Below are positions 1 through 9,442 of a DNA stretch of 64,000 nucleotides, one piece after another. Numbering within the stretch: the stretch's first letter is position 1; each line of letters opens with the position of its first letter. The stretch is taken from positions 4,384,001 to 4,448,000 of the forward strand of contig CBDFLE010000006.1 of the NCBI GenBank assembly GCA_965248925.1, read 5' to 3'. The notes beneath the pieces are model-generated. The model was not told where the DNA came from. It did no database searches and saw only the letters and a list, made by a program, of their open reading frames with translations. A program made the translations under genes and the position numbers. This stretch comes from Candidatus Multivoradales bacterium (lineage in GTDB: Bacteria; Acidobacteriota; Thermoanaerobaculia; Multivoradales; J023).

Positions 1-907
1 CTATGGCCCAGCGGTGCAGGGGCGGGTCCACGGCGCTTCGCGGGCGGCGGAAAAAGGAGCTCTGGCGGTGGTTATTCGCTCGGCCGGCACCGCCACCGAA
101 CGGGTGGCCAACACCGGTACGATGATCTACGCCGAGGGGGTGCCGCAGATTCCAGCGGCGGCACTGTCGAACCCCGATGCCGATCGGCTTGAGGAACTGC
201 TCGCCGAGGGCGCGGTGCGATTGCGTCTCGAACTCGGTTGCGAGACTCTGCCGGACGAGCAATCGGCCAATGTCATCGGTGAGATTCCCGGCGGCGAGTC
301 TCCCGAAGAGATTGTGCTGCTAGCGTGCCATCTGGACTCGTGGGGTCTTGGCGAAGGGGCCATCGACGATGGTCTGGGCTGTGCGACGATCACCGAGGCA
401 GCGCGCCTGGTGGGCCAGTTGCCGCGCCATCCGCGGCGCACCCTGCGGGTGCTCCTAGCCGCCAACGAAGAGTTTGGACTTTCCGGTGCCAAGGCCTATG
501 GGGTGGCCCATGCTGACGAACTCGACCGCCATGTGGTGGCGATGGAGTCAGATTTTGGCGTCGGCTGGGTGTGGACTTTGCGTTCGCGGGTCGATCCGGC
601 GTTCGCGCCGACAGTGGCGGCGATTGCCGAAGTTCTCGAGCCGCTGGGCATCGCCTGGGATCAGCAGCAACCCGCATATGGCGGTGCCGATTTGAGTCCC
701 CTGCGCCCCGCCGGAGTGCCGATGTTCGACCTGCCGGGGGACAGCACGCACTACTTCGACTATCACCACAACGCCAATGACACCTTTGCCGCGGTCGACA
801 AAGAAGGGCTCGACCAAGCGGTTGCCGCCTGGGCGACGATGAGCTACATCCTGGCCGAACACGAGCCTGGTTTTGGCCGGGTACCACCGTCCGAGGACGG
901 TCACTGA
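1..907 (+). CDS. M28-family metallopeptidase (carboxypeptidase Q-like), 5'-truncated by window edge
   Basis: Frame open from window start; motifs HLDSW, GAIDDG, NEEFG, ESD, YHH typical of M28 two-zinc peptidases. Confidence 0.85.
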   Translation, partial: YGPAVQGRVHGASRAAEKGALAVVIRSAGTATERVANTGTMIYAEGVPQIPAAALSNPDADRLEELLAEGAVRLRLELGCETLPDEQSANVIGEIPGGESPEEIVLLACHLDSWGLGEGAIDDGLGCATITEAARLVGQLPRHPRRTLRVLLAANEEFGLSGAKAYGVAHADELDRHVVAMESDFGVGWVWTLRSRVDPAFAPTVAAIAEVLEPLGIAWDQQQPAYGGADLSPLRPAGVPMFDLPGDSTHYFDYHHNANDTFAAVDKEGLDQAVAAWATMSYILAEHEPGFGRVPPSEDGH

Positions 908-959
908 GAGGCGCTGGCTCTGCCAATGTAAGTGTCGAAGTGCCGTAATCCAAGAGTAG

Positions 960-1075
960 ATAAAATGCGTTCGGACCTGAGAGTTCTGGGCAACAACTGG
1001 TAAGACTTGTTTAGAGGTCCAAAACGCACAGAGAAGGTTCTGTCTTTCCTCGTTATGCTCCGGTGACGGCAACGC
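960..1075 (-). ncRNA. Candidate small RNA / structured element ending in hairpin plus U-tract
   Basis: Inverted repeat 965-978 / 1015-1029 pairs better on minus strand (G-U pairs) and is followed by UUUAU; no minus-strand gene ends here; 5' end uncertain. Confidence 0.3.
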
Positions 1076-1282
1076 GATTCTCGGACGAGCTTCAGCGGCC
1101 TTGTTCGTGGACGGCTTCGAGAGTGGTGATAGCGATAGTTGGAGCGCCAGTGTGACCGGCTAGACGCCGGAATTTGCTGAGTCGGGACGACTTTGGGTCG
1201 GTTGTTCTTGCCGTTGACCGCCGATTGCAGGAGAATTCGGCCTGCCCGAGCCGCGCATGGTTCTTGCACAGGTTCAGAATCC

Positions 1283-2584
1283 ATGAGTTCATCCAGCACC
1301 CAACAGCCACGCCGTCTCTTGTATCGCCTCGCCGTTTCGCCGCGCTTGCCAGGCGCGGTGCTCCTTGGCCTGGCACTGCCCCTCGCTGTCGCGGTGCAGG
1401 GCCAGCCTGCGGTGCCAGATCCGTCGCCAGTGCCGGTGAACTCATCGACTTTCCAAGGTCAGCTCGAAGCTGAAACCGCCGAGGTGGTCAAACCACCGGC
1501 CGCGGATCGGCGCCAAGTCGAAGTGGTCAAGGCGGTGTTCGCGCCGCCGGGTCATCGCGAGGTCGAGGAGTTGCGCCTGTGGCGCCGGGGCGGTGGCCGC
1601 GTAGATTGGTCGCTGCAAGGGACTCAAATTGCCTGGGATCAGGCCGGTGAGGACGGCCTCTATGACCTGTGGGTCAGCGATATCGATGGCGGTACTGAGC
1701 GCTGCCTGACTTGCGACAACTTCGACTGGCGCAAAGTCAACGTCTTCAATCCAACCTGGCATCCGTCGGGGGATCTGCTGGTGGTGCAGGTTCAGGATGT
1801 AGCTCGCAAGCTGAAGATGGCGCCGGTGCCGCTGGCCACTGCCCACCGCGGTTTGCATAGCGAGTTCTGGGCTTTTACCGCGGACGGCAAGCGCTATTGG
1901 CGGCTGACCCGGTTCGACACTTTAGGCCACGCTGCCTTGGATCCCAAGTTCTCCAACGAGGGCAGCCGCTTGCTGTGGACCGAACGCTTGACCACCAAGG
2001 GTGGCCGTTGGGGGCGTTGGGCGGTGGGACTGGCCGATTTCAACATCAAACGCGGGGTGCCGCGGTTGGGTAAGCCCCACACCTACCAACCCTTCAGTGC
2101 CGCTGGCCTGCTCTTTGCCGACACCTTTACTCCCGACGATCGCGCGCTGTTGATCTCAGCCGGAACTCATCCCGGCACTGACGATCTGGTGGTGTTCAAG
2201 TACTCGCCCGAAGATGGCGAGCTGCGCCAGCTCAGCCCCCGCGGACGGGGCACGGACTCCAGTGCTCGTTTCGGTCCGCGCGGTCAGCGCATCGTCTGGG
2301 CTTCGAGCCGCGGCATCGGCTCGCCGCCCTGGTCGACTCGTTTGCCTTGGCACAACGACCTTTGGCGGATGGACGCTGATGGCAGTCACCAAGAGCGCCT
2401 GACCTATTTCAACGACCCTGACGGCGACTTCTACCTGGGCGAAGCGTTGATCGACGACTTGGCTTGGGACCCGCGCGGCCAGGGCCTGCTGGTGCATGTG
2501 GTCAATGCCGGACTCAACGGCGGCGAGCAGGCGGAGGAAGATCTCTACTTGCTGCGCTTTGCGGGTGAACCCCAGCGACCATGA
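1283..2584 (+). CDS. Secreted TolB-like (PD40 beta-propeller) protein
   Basis: Hydrophobic N-terminal signal region; repeats DWSLQG, PTWHPSG, PKFSNEG, AWDPRG; CLTC motif; ATG at 1283 preferred over TTG 1193. Confidence 0.7.
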   Translation: MSSSSTQQPRRLLYRLAVSPRLPGAVLLGLALPLAVAVQGQPAVPDPSPVPVNSSTFQGQLEAETAEVVKPPAADRRQVEVVKAVFAPPGHREVEELRLWRRGGGRVDWSLQGTQIAWDQAGEDGLYDLWVSDIDGGTERCLTCDNFDWRKVNVFNPTWHPSGDLLVVQVQDVARKLKMAPVPLATAHRGLHSEFWAFTADGKRYWRLTRFDTLGHAALDPKFSNEGSRLLWTERLTTKGGRWGRWAVGLADFNIKRGVPRLGKPHTYQPFSAAGLLFADTFTPDDRALLISAGTHPGTDDLVVFKYSPEDGELRQLSPRGRGTDSSARFGPRGQRIVWASSRGIGSPPWSTRLPWHNDLWRMDADGSHQERLTYFNDPDGDFYLGEALIDDLAWDPRGQGLLVHVVNAGLNGGEQAEEDLYLLRFAGEPQRP

Positions 2585-3750
2585 ATTCAGCGGCCGGCGC
2601 CTGGGAGGCAGTGGTCTTGGGGGGCGGCGTGGTCGGCGCGGCAGCGGCTGAGATCCTTGGCCGAAGAGGCCACCGTACTCTGCTGGTCGAGCGTTTTAGC
2701 CCGGGCCACGAACACGGCAGCTCGCACGGCGATGGGCGGATCATCCGCTATTCATATCCCGAAGAAGTCTATGTCGAGATGGCGGGGCAGGCCTACGCTG
2801 CCTGGCGGCGGCTCGAGCGTGCTGCCGGCACGGTGCTGCTAGAGCGCACCGGCAGCCTGGAGTGCGGGCCGCTGGGCTGTGCTGAGTTGGCCGATCTCGA
2901 AGCGAGTTTCCGGCGCTCGTCAATCGCTTACCAACACCTCGACGCGGCGGCGGTCAACCGCCGCTTTGCCGGCCTGCGGATCAGCGACCAACTCGAAGCG
3001 CTCTACCAAGAGGATGGTGGGATTGTCCGCGCCGGTCGCGCCGTGAAGACTCTGTGGCGCCTTTTGCGGCGGCAAGGAGTGGAGACTATGGCTGGCATGC
3101 GGGTGGTGGCGATCGAAGTGGTTGGAGATTGTCTTGTCTTGGTGGCTGCAGACGGTCGCCGGATCAGCACCGAGCGTTTGCTGTTGGCGGCCGGCAGCTG
3201 GTCTGGCCAGTTGCTTGCCGGGCTCGGGCTCGAACTGCCGCTGACGGTGACTCAAGAGCAAGTGGCCTACTTCGCCGCGCCGGGGGTAGACCACGGAATC
3301 GGCGCGATGCCGACCCTGATCGACTACTCCGATCCGCTGCCGTTCTATGCCTTGCCGCAAATCGACATCGCCGGGGTCAAGGTGGGTTGGCATCGCAGTG
3401 GTTGGCCGGTGGATCCTGATCAGCGGCCGCCGACCCGCGGCCGCCGGCTACGACGGTTAGCGAGCTACGTGGCGGAACGTTTGCCCCATCTCGAGCCGCG
3501 GCCGATGGCGGTGGTCGACTGCTTGTACACCAACACCCCGGACTTACATTTCATCATCGACCGCCATCCGGAATTGCCTCGGGTGAGTTTTGCCTGCGGG
3601 CTGTCGGGTCACGGTTTCAAGTTCGCTCCGGTCATCGCCGAGGCGTTGGTGGCGCTGGCGATGGAGCAGCCGCCGTCAATGCCGCTCGCGATGTTCGCTG
3701 CCGATCGCTTTGGCGCTCCGCAGGCCCCCGCCCGCCGCACCGGCGCCTAG
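2581..3750 (+). CDS. FAD-dependent oxidoreductase, monomeric sarcosine oxidase / N-methyltryptophan oxidase family
   Basis: GGGVVG Rossmann motif, GSSHGDGRIIR, CLYTNTPD (covalent-FAD Cys), GLSGHGFKF; ATGA overlap with upstream gene. Confidence 0.85.
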   Translation: MNSAAGAWEAVVLGGGVVGAAAAEILGRRGHRTLLVERFSPGHEHGSSHGDGRIIRYSYPEEVYVEMAGQAYAAWRRLERAAGTVLLERTGSLECGPLGCAELADLEASFRRSSIAYQHLDAAAVNRRFAGLRISDQLEALYQEDGGIVRAGRAVKTLWRLLRRQGVETMAGMRVVAIEVVGDCLVLVAADGRRISTERLLLAAGSWSGQLLAGLGLELPLTVTQEQVAYFAAPGVDHGIGAMPTLIDYSDPLPFYALPQIDIAGVKVGWHRSGWPVDPDQRPPTRGRRLRRLASYVAERLPHLEPRPMAVVDCLYTNTPDLHFIIDRHPELPRVSFACGLSGHGFKFAPVIAEALVALAMEQPPSMPLAMFAADRFGAPQAPARRTGA

Positions 3751-3796
3751 CGCCGGCTGATTGAGGCCGGCCTCGGGCGTAATGACGACAGCTTTT

Positions 3797-3817
3797 GGGG
3801 GCGTCTACGTCCCCTAC
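3797..3817. repeat. GTAG-type REP-like palindrome / terminator between convergent genes
   Basis: Minus strand reads GTAG-GGGACGT-AG-ACGCCCC. Confidence 0.35.
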
Positions 3818-3839
3818 CGAGGACGAAAAGCGGGCCGTC

Positions 3840-4424
3840 TTAGAAACGTCCGGCAAGCCGTAGTAGCCGCCGGAGGGAGTCGTCCAGATCCAGCTGTTCA
3901 GTCTGCTCAAGCCGCCACCATTTGACCGCCCACGACTCGGTGCTCACCACCGGCTCGGCGTTGGCCGGGGCCAAGACCAAAAATCGACAGTCGAAGTGCA
4001 GATGCTCAGGCTCTCCCGGTCGCCGGGGAATGGAGTGGATGTCGAGATCGATCGGCTCGGCAAAGATGCGCAGTCCCTCGATTCCCCCTTCTTCCGTCGC
4101 TTCTCGCAGCGCTACCCCGGCGAGGTTGGCGTCGCCGTCGCAATGGCCACCGAGTTGCAACCAGCGGCCGAGCTTGCGGTGATGGGTGAGCAAGACCTGC
4201 CGTCGCGGCGGGTCGACCACCAGGGCGGAGGCGGTTAGATGACCCGGCCGGCAGCTTCGCTGGTGGGCGTCTTGCGGGTGTTGCTCGACGAAGGTCAGCA
4301 GGCGCCGCTTGAGGGTGGCCTGCGCTGGGTCTGGTGCGCGATAGGCTGCCAAGGTGTGGCGGGCAGCGTCGAGGTTGGGGTCGGGGGGTAGTTCGGCGAG
4401 GTTGCGCGCGAGTCTTGAGCCCAT
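3840..4424 (-). CDS. NUDIX hydrolase
   Basis: GHLTASA...WLQLGGHCD-x7-ALREATEEGG Nudix box, HFDCRF. Confidence 0.9.
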   Translation of the reverse strand: MGSRLARNLAELPPDPNLDAARHTLAAYRAPDPAQATLKRRLLTFVEQHPQDAHQRSCRPGHLTASALVVDPPRRQVLLTHHRKLGRWLQLGGHCDGDANLAGVALREATEEGGIEGLRIFAEPIDLDIHSIPRRPGEPEHLHFDCRFLVLAPANAEPVVSTESWAVKWWRLEQTEQLDLDDSLRRLLRLAGRF

Positions 4425-4492
4425 GCCGTGGATGCTATCGCAGGTGGGCCCGCGACAGGTCGATGGTCACCCGCCGCCTTGGGTCTTGCCGC

Positions 4493-4530
4493 CTGCTCTG
4501 TGCCGCTGCTCTGTGCCGCTGCTCTGTGCC
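4493..4530. repeat. 13-bp tandem repeat, 3 copies (CTGCTCTGTGCCG)
   Basis: Units at 4493, 4506, 4519 in the divergent intergenic region. Confidence 0.85.
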
Positions 4531-4651
4531 TTGCTAACATCTACTCCTCGCTACCGTAGAAAATGGGTGGGCGGATAGGTTGGCGGCTTTCTTGCTTCGG
4601 CTAATGACGTCGCTCCGAGATTTTGCACTGTATGACTTTCCGAGGTATTCC

Positions 4652-6460
4652 ATGCTCCATTCAGGTCGCCGATTCTCCCTTCGTGGATCGATTCTCTTGC
4701 AGCTGCTGTTGTTGGCCGCCTGGGTGCTACTGCCGCTGAGCAGTCGGCTGGCGGCACAAGACGATACGCCGGCTGAGCTATTTATCGATCGGGTTGATGT
4801 CAACGTGGTCAATGTCGAGGTCTTCGTTTCCGACCGGGACGGTAACCATGTGACCGACCTGAGCGTCGAGGAATTCGAGATTCTCGAGGATGGCCAGCCG
4901 GTGGAGATCTCCAATTTCTTCACCGTCGCCCGTCGCGACAAAGTGCTGGACAACCTGGAGCGCGACCGCGACCTGATCAGCGGTCAGTCGCCGCCGATCG
5001 GCGCGGCGCCACGCATCCGTGAAGTACCGGAAGATCAGCGCTTGCATCTGCTGATCTACATGGACCTGCTGAATATGCGGCCGCAGAGCAAGAAGCGAGT
5101 GCTGGCAGATCTCAAGGGTTTTCTCGAAGATCGCATGACTCAGGGCGATCGGGTCATGCTGGTCGGCTTCAATCGGTCGATCGATGTCGTCGAGCCCTTC
5201 ACGGAAGACCGCGAAGCGATCTTCCGTGGTCTGGCGGCGTTGGAGAAAGCGGCTACTTATCGCCAGATCGATCTCGCCAACCTGCGCCGCACGGTGCGCA
5301 ACATGTCGACTGACGCGGCCGCCGGTGACTTCGATTCCGCCTACCAGAACCTTCGTTCCTATGTGCAAGGGGCGAACAACGATCTACGCCAGACCATCAA
5401 GGGGCTGGGCTCGGTGGTGCGGTCATTGGCCGGTTTGCCAGGACGCAAGGCGCTTCTCTATGTCTCCGACGGGTTGCCACAACGTCCCGGCGAAGAACTC
5501 TACTCACTGCTCAGGGAGCTTACCGGTACCGAGTCGTTCAGTGGTTTCGGCGGTGATTTGATCGACCCGTCGATCGAGGCCCTACGCCAGGACCAAAGCT
5601 CGCTTTACTCTTCTGTCACCCGCGAAGCCAATGCCCACCAGGTCACCCTTTACACGATGGATGCCCGCGGCAGCGCCGGCGAGTCGACGCTCTCTGCCGA
5701 GTTCAATTTCTTCACCGAGACGGCTGGGGGACGAGGGGATTTCGACGCTATTCGCTCGATGAGTTTTCAAGAGCCCTTGCTTGAACTGGCCATCACCACC
5801 GGTGGGTCAGCGGTGCTGAATACCTTCAATTTCGAGCAGGCTCTGGGTGGCATCAGCCGCGATTTCGACAGCTTCTACTCCTTGGGCTATCGCTCGCGCC
5901 GGGGCGGCGATGGCAAGTACCACGATATCGAGGTGCGGATAACCCGTCCGGGCCTCCGTGTCCGTCACCGCGAGGGCTATCTGGACAAGCCTGAGGGCGA
6001 GCGGGTCGCCGACCGCGTGCTGTCGTCGTTGATTCTCGACCTGGAGAAGAACCCGCTGGGGGTGGAACTCGATTTTGGCACTCCCGAGAAGATAGGTCGA
6101 GGCAAGTACCTACTGCCGATCATTGTCCGGGTGCCGTTCCGCGACCTCACACTTTTGCCCCATGGCGAGGTCGAAGAGGGCCGCCTGTCGATTTTTGTGG
6201 CGGTGCAGGACGAGCGCGGAGGAATCTCGGACCTGGCCAAGATTCCCTATCCACTGTCGATTCCCAATGCCCTGGTGGCGCGGGCCCGCGAGCAGGAGCT
6301 GGGCTATCAAACGCAGCTGAAGATTGGCCGGGGAACGCCCAAGATAGTGGTCGGGGTGTGGGACGAACTCTCCGGCACCGAGTCCTTCGTCCAGAAGCGA
6401 GTGCTGGTGGGTGAGGAGAAGGGGCGCAAGAAAAAGAAAAGCGGCCGCCGCGGTCTTTAG
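4652..6460 (+). CDS. Acidobacterial-type VWA-domain secreted protein with C-terminal beta-sandwich domain
   Basis: Signal peptide; VNVEVFVSDRDG..VTDL..EEFEILEDG, GRKALLYVSDG, TGG, YSLGY motifs; MIDAS DxSxS degenerate; GAGG SD before ATG 4652. Confidence 0.8.
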   Translation: MLHSGRRFSLRGSILLQLLLLAAWVLLPLSSRLAAQDDTPAELFIDRVDVNVVNVEVFVSDRDGNHVTDLSVEEFEILEDGQPVEISNFFTVARRDKVLDNLERDRDLISGQSPPIGAAPRIREVPEDQRLHLLIYMDLLNMRPQSKKRVLADLKGFLEDRMTQGDRVMLVGFNRSIDVVEPFTEDREAIFRGLAALEKAATYRQIDLANLRRTVRNMSTDAAAGDFDSAYQNLRSYVQGANNDLRQTIKGLGSVVRSLAGLPGRKALLYVSDGLPQRPGEELYSLLRELTGTESFSGFGGDLIDPSIEALRQDQSSLYSSVTREANAHQVTLYTMDARGSAGESTLSAEFNFFTETAGGRGDFDAIRSMSFQEPLLELAITTGGSAVLNTFNFEQALGGISRDFDSFYSLGYRSRRGGDGKYHDIEVRITRPGLRVRHREGYLDKPEGERVADRVLSSLILDLEKNPLGVELDFGTPEKIGRGKYLLPIIVRVPFRDLTLLPHGEVEEGRLSIFVAVQDERGGISDLAKIPYPLSIPNALVARAREQELGYQTQLKIGRGTPKIVVGVWDELSGTESFVQKRVLVGEEKGRKKKKSGRRGL

Positions 6461-6471
6461 TTGATCGGTCG

Positions 6472-8457
6472 CTAGTTAAACAGGGGCAAGGTGTCGTCTG
6501 CGATGAAGACCTGCTTGTCGGCGGCGGTGGCGCCAGCGATCGCCGGCACCGAGGTGGCGACGATTACCTGAATGGAGTTGGCGTGCTGCTGCTCGATCTG
6601 CTGTAGCAGCTCGACCACCGCGGCGAAGTCGCGCTCGACCATCTCTTCTTTGCCCGGCGAGTCGATCAGCACCAATCCGGGGTGGCCTCCCGCGTCGGGT
6701 TCTTCGGCGGTGATCAGCGCCAGCGCCAAGTAGAAAGCCAGGACGAAGCGCACTTTCTCACCGGCGCTGAGTTCTTCAAAGACGTAGTCATCGCCATTCT
6801 GGCGGATCCGCGGCCGCAGCTGGGAATCGAGTTCGACCGTTTCGAGTCCAGGGAAACCAATCTGCTGGCAGAATGCTTCGACCCGGCCGGCGAAGCTGCC
6901 TTTGAGGCCCTCGTTGAACTCTGCATCGCGGGTTCGCAGATGGTCCAGCACGGCATCCAGCACCCGCTTGCGGGTCAGTTGCTGATCCATCTCGTCGCCA
7001 TCTTTGCCGGTTGAGCTTAACTGGGTGCTGGCCTCGAACTTGGCTTCGAGGCGACCGAGGAAACGACTCTCGAGTTCGATCTCCCGCTCGACTTCCTCGG
7101 TACCCTGGTGGGCAGCTCGCAGTTGGGCTTGGAGCTGTCCCTTGCGTTGGGTGAGTTGGCGTGCTCGGCCTTCGGTGGTGGCCAAACGGCGGCGCAGCCG
7201 CTCGTCCAATTGCTGCTGCTCTTGCAGGCGCTGGCGGGCTTCCTCAAGCCGCGCCTCAAGGGCTTGCTGGCGGTCGCTGGGGAGGTCTTCATGGCACAGG
7301 CCGCAGTGCTCAGCTTCAGCCTCTGCGGCGGGGAATCGACGGCGCTGATCCAGGGCCACGTTGCAGGCCGGGCAGCTGCTGAGTTCCTCACCCAACAGGC
7401 CGCGCTCTCGGGTTGCCTCCAGGCGTTCGATTTCGGCCGTGCTGCGGCTGCTGGCCTGCTCGGCCTCTTGCAGCTGCAAGGCGGTCTGGTGACGCTCTTC
7501 GTCGGCCTCCAACAAGGTGGTGGTGAGATCGGTGAGGCGCTTGTCGAGGTCGGCCGTCGTGGACCGCAGGCGCTGCGTTGTCCGCTTGTTCTTGAGCTCG
7601 TCGACGTAGCCCTGCAAGCGCTCGATTTCCTCGCTCAAGCTCTTGAGATCAGGGGTGCCCAGTGCCTTCTCGGTGCGTTGTTGATAGCGCTGCTCGGTGG
7701 CCAGCCGATGCTCTAGCAGAGCGCGTTCTGCTTCGACCGCAAAGAAGGCGTCGATGCCGCGCAGGCCCAGCAACATGCCGACGATCTTCATGAACAGATT
7801 GCCATAGCCCTTGCCGTCGGTGACCAGGTTTACGTAGCCGTGGTCTTGGGGAATCGACAAGCCGCGGAAGTAGGCGCGGTAGGAAGTCACCGACTCGTGC
7901 AGCGCGTTACCTGACTTGCGCGAGTCTTTCTGCGTGCCACGCAGCGGACGCAAGCCAAAGGCCTGGTTGAAGAATTTCTCCAACCGGCGCTGCATGTCGC
8001 TGCCGTTGTGAAACTCGAGCAAGGTCTGATCGGCGGCAGGCCCCTTGTGGTCGGGGTCGGCGAGCTTCAGCAGGCGACCCTGGGGGCGACTCGCTTTTTC
8101 CACCTGCACCGCATGCACCACGCCGTCGAGCTCGAAAACCAGCTCGACCTGCTCGATCCAACCATCAACATCCCGCTTAAGCTCATTCTTGCCGGTCAAG
8201 CAGAGTTGGATGAGCTTGAGAATCGACGTCTTGCCCTTGTCGTTGCCGGCCCGCAGTACGTTCACCCCTGGACGGAAGATGAACTGGCCGGACTTCTCGC
8301 CGCGGAATCGTAAACCTCGCAGGGTCAGCTGGGTACGGCGGTGCGGAGCGGCTTTCAGGGCAGGTTCCAGTCCGCTCAAGGCGGCGCGAAAGCGGCGTTT
8401 GGAGAGTTTTCCGAGGCTTGGGCTAACGGCGGCGTGGAGCTGATCCAAAAGGTCCAT
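6472..8457 (-). CDS. SMC/Rad50-like ABC ATPase with coiled coil and double CxxC
   Basis: Walker A GNDKGKTS, long coiled coil interrupted by CPAC-x20-CGLC, signature LSAGEK, Walker B LVLIDSP. Confidence 0.8.
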   Translation of the reverse strand: MDLLDQLHAAVSPSLGKLSKRRFRAALSGLEPALKAAPHRRTQLTLRGLRFRGEKSGQFIFRPGVNVLRAGNDKGKTSILKLIQLCLTGKNELKRDVDGWIEQVELVFELDGVVHAVQVEKASRPQGRLLKLADPDHKGPAADQTLLEFHNGSDMQRRLEKFFNQAFGLRPLRGTQKDSRKSGNALHESVTSYRAYFRGLSIPQDHGYVNLVTDGKGYGNLFMKIVGMLLGLRGIDAFFAVEAERALLEHRLATEQRYQQRTEKALGTPDLKSLSEEIERLQGYVDELKNKRTTQRLRSTTADLDKRLTDLTTTLLEADEERHQTALQLQEAEQASSRSTAEIERLEATRERGLLGEELSSCPACNVALDQRRRFPAAEAEAEHCGLCHEDLPSDRQQALEARLEEARQRLQEQQQLDERLRRRLATTEGRARQLTQRKGQLQAQLRAAHQGTEEVEREIELESRFLGRLEAKFEASTQLSSTGKDGDEMDQQLTRKRVLDAVLDHLRTRDAEFNEGLKGSFAGRVEAFCQQIGFPGLETVELDSQLRPRIRQNGDDYVFEELSAGEKVRFVLAFYLALALITAEEPDAGGHPGLVLIDSPGKEEMVERDFAAVVELLQQIEQQHANSIQVIVATSVPAIAGATAADKQVFIADDTLPLFN

Positions 8458-8610
8458 AAACAGGGGGTTCTCACTGCCTCGGCAAGGCGTTGTTGGGACG
8501 AGTCGCGGGTCGAGAGTAGGGGCATTATATGGCAGAGTGGCGCATTTTCACCGTCCAGTGATCGGCGATTTTAGAGCGCAGACTCGGGGAACGGGAAAAA
8601 CCGCAGGTAC

Positions 8611-8637
8611 CAAGAAACCCGCCCTCTGTGGGCGGGT
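8611..8637 (-). terminator. Intrinsic terminator of hsp20
   Basis: Minus strand ACCCGCCC-ACAGA-GGGCGGGT followed by TTCTT, about 40 nt after the hsp20 stop. Confidence 0.7.
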
Positions 8638-8677
8638 CGAGTTGCGGCGCGGCAGCGCGCCGAGAGCTGGGCGCAGG

Positions 8678-9133
8678 TCAGTTGATGGCGATCTTGCGTG
8701 GCTTGGCGGATTCGCTCTTCGGCACCGACAGGGTCAGCAGGCCATCCTTGAACTTGGCTGCAACCTTGGTCGCGTCGATTCCAGAGGGTAGCGAGAAGGC
8801 CCGGCGGAAAGTGCCGTAGGCGCGCTCTACGCGGTGGTAGTTGTCGTTTTCTCCAGCCTTGGTGAAAGTGCGCTCGCCGCTGACCGTGAGGACATTGTCA
8901 TCGAGCGAGATGTCGAGGTCCTTCTTGCTCAGCCCCGGCAGCTCAGCGGTGAAGATGAAGGCCGTGTCGGTTTCTAGCAAATCTACCGGCGGTACCCAGT
9001 TGGCGCTTTCGACGGCTTCGTTGGTCGCGCCGTTGCCGCTGTCGAGCACCCGCTCGACCAACTCGAACAGCGGGTCGCGGCGGTTGGTGAAAGTGGCGGC
9101 GGGGAAACAACGAGTTAGGGAGGTGTGAAACAT
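8678..9133 (-). CDS. Hsp20/alpha-crystallin small heat-shock protein
   Basis: WVPPVD..ET, ELPG, LTVSGER, ERAYGTFRRAFSLP, AKFKDGLL; AAGGAG SD. Confidence 0.95.
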   Translation of the reverse strand: MFHTSLTRCFPAATFTNRRDPLFELVERVLDSGNGATNEAVESANWVPPVDLLETDTAFIFTAELPGLSKKDLDISLDDNVLTVSGERTFTKAGENDNYHRVERAYGTFRRAFSLPSGIDATKVAAKFKDGLLTLSVPKSESAKPRKIAIN

Positions 9134-9175
9134 GGAGAGTCTCCTTCGACTAGTGGGTGTTTGTGACCTGGATCG

Positions 9176-9442
9176 CTTGAGTGGCCAAAGCCACGGGGTT
9201 CGAAATTTTGTAGGTCGTGAGGCTCTTCCGGGTTGGATTCCTTGGCGGCTGATGAACTCTCGGCCCTTTCATGAGTAGACAACGCTAAGGTCTGAGTGGT
9301 TATTCCAAAATCTTCAGAAATAGGCTCAGATTTTTGAAATTGACTCCGCTATCGTCCGAATTGAGCGAGATCTTTGCCCACAAACGAGGCTGTGGCTTGG
9401 TTTTCTAGCTTTTGAAGCTGACCTGAGTGACTTTCGCTAAGA
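9176..9442 (-). promoter_or_regulatory. HAIR-like (HspR-type) operator array upstream of hsp20
   Basis: Exact half-site CTTGAGT at 9176; CATGAGT-N7-GCTAAGG 9270-9290; TCTGAGT 9291; ATTGACT 9339 and ATTGAGC 9360; CCTGAGT-N7-GCTAAGA 9422-9442; 21-bp spacing within two pairs. Confidence 0.5.

Noticed and set aside
9134-9146. GGAG-ACT-CTCC mini-hairpin over the hsp20 SD as an RNA thermometer
   Set aside because: Only 4 bp, and similar SD-adjacent sequences occur at unrelated genes here (near 44802 and 43130)
9190-9225. GGTTCGAA as a tRNA T-loop
   Set aside because: No cloverleaf or acceptor stem can be formed around it
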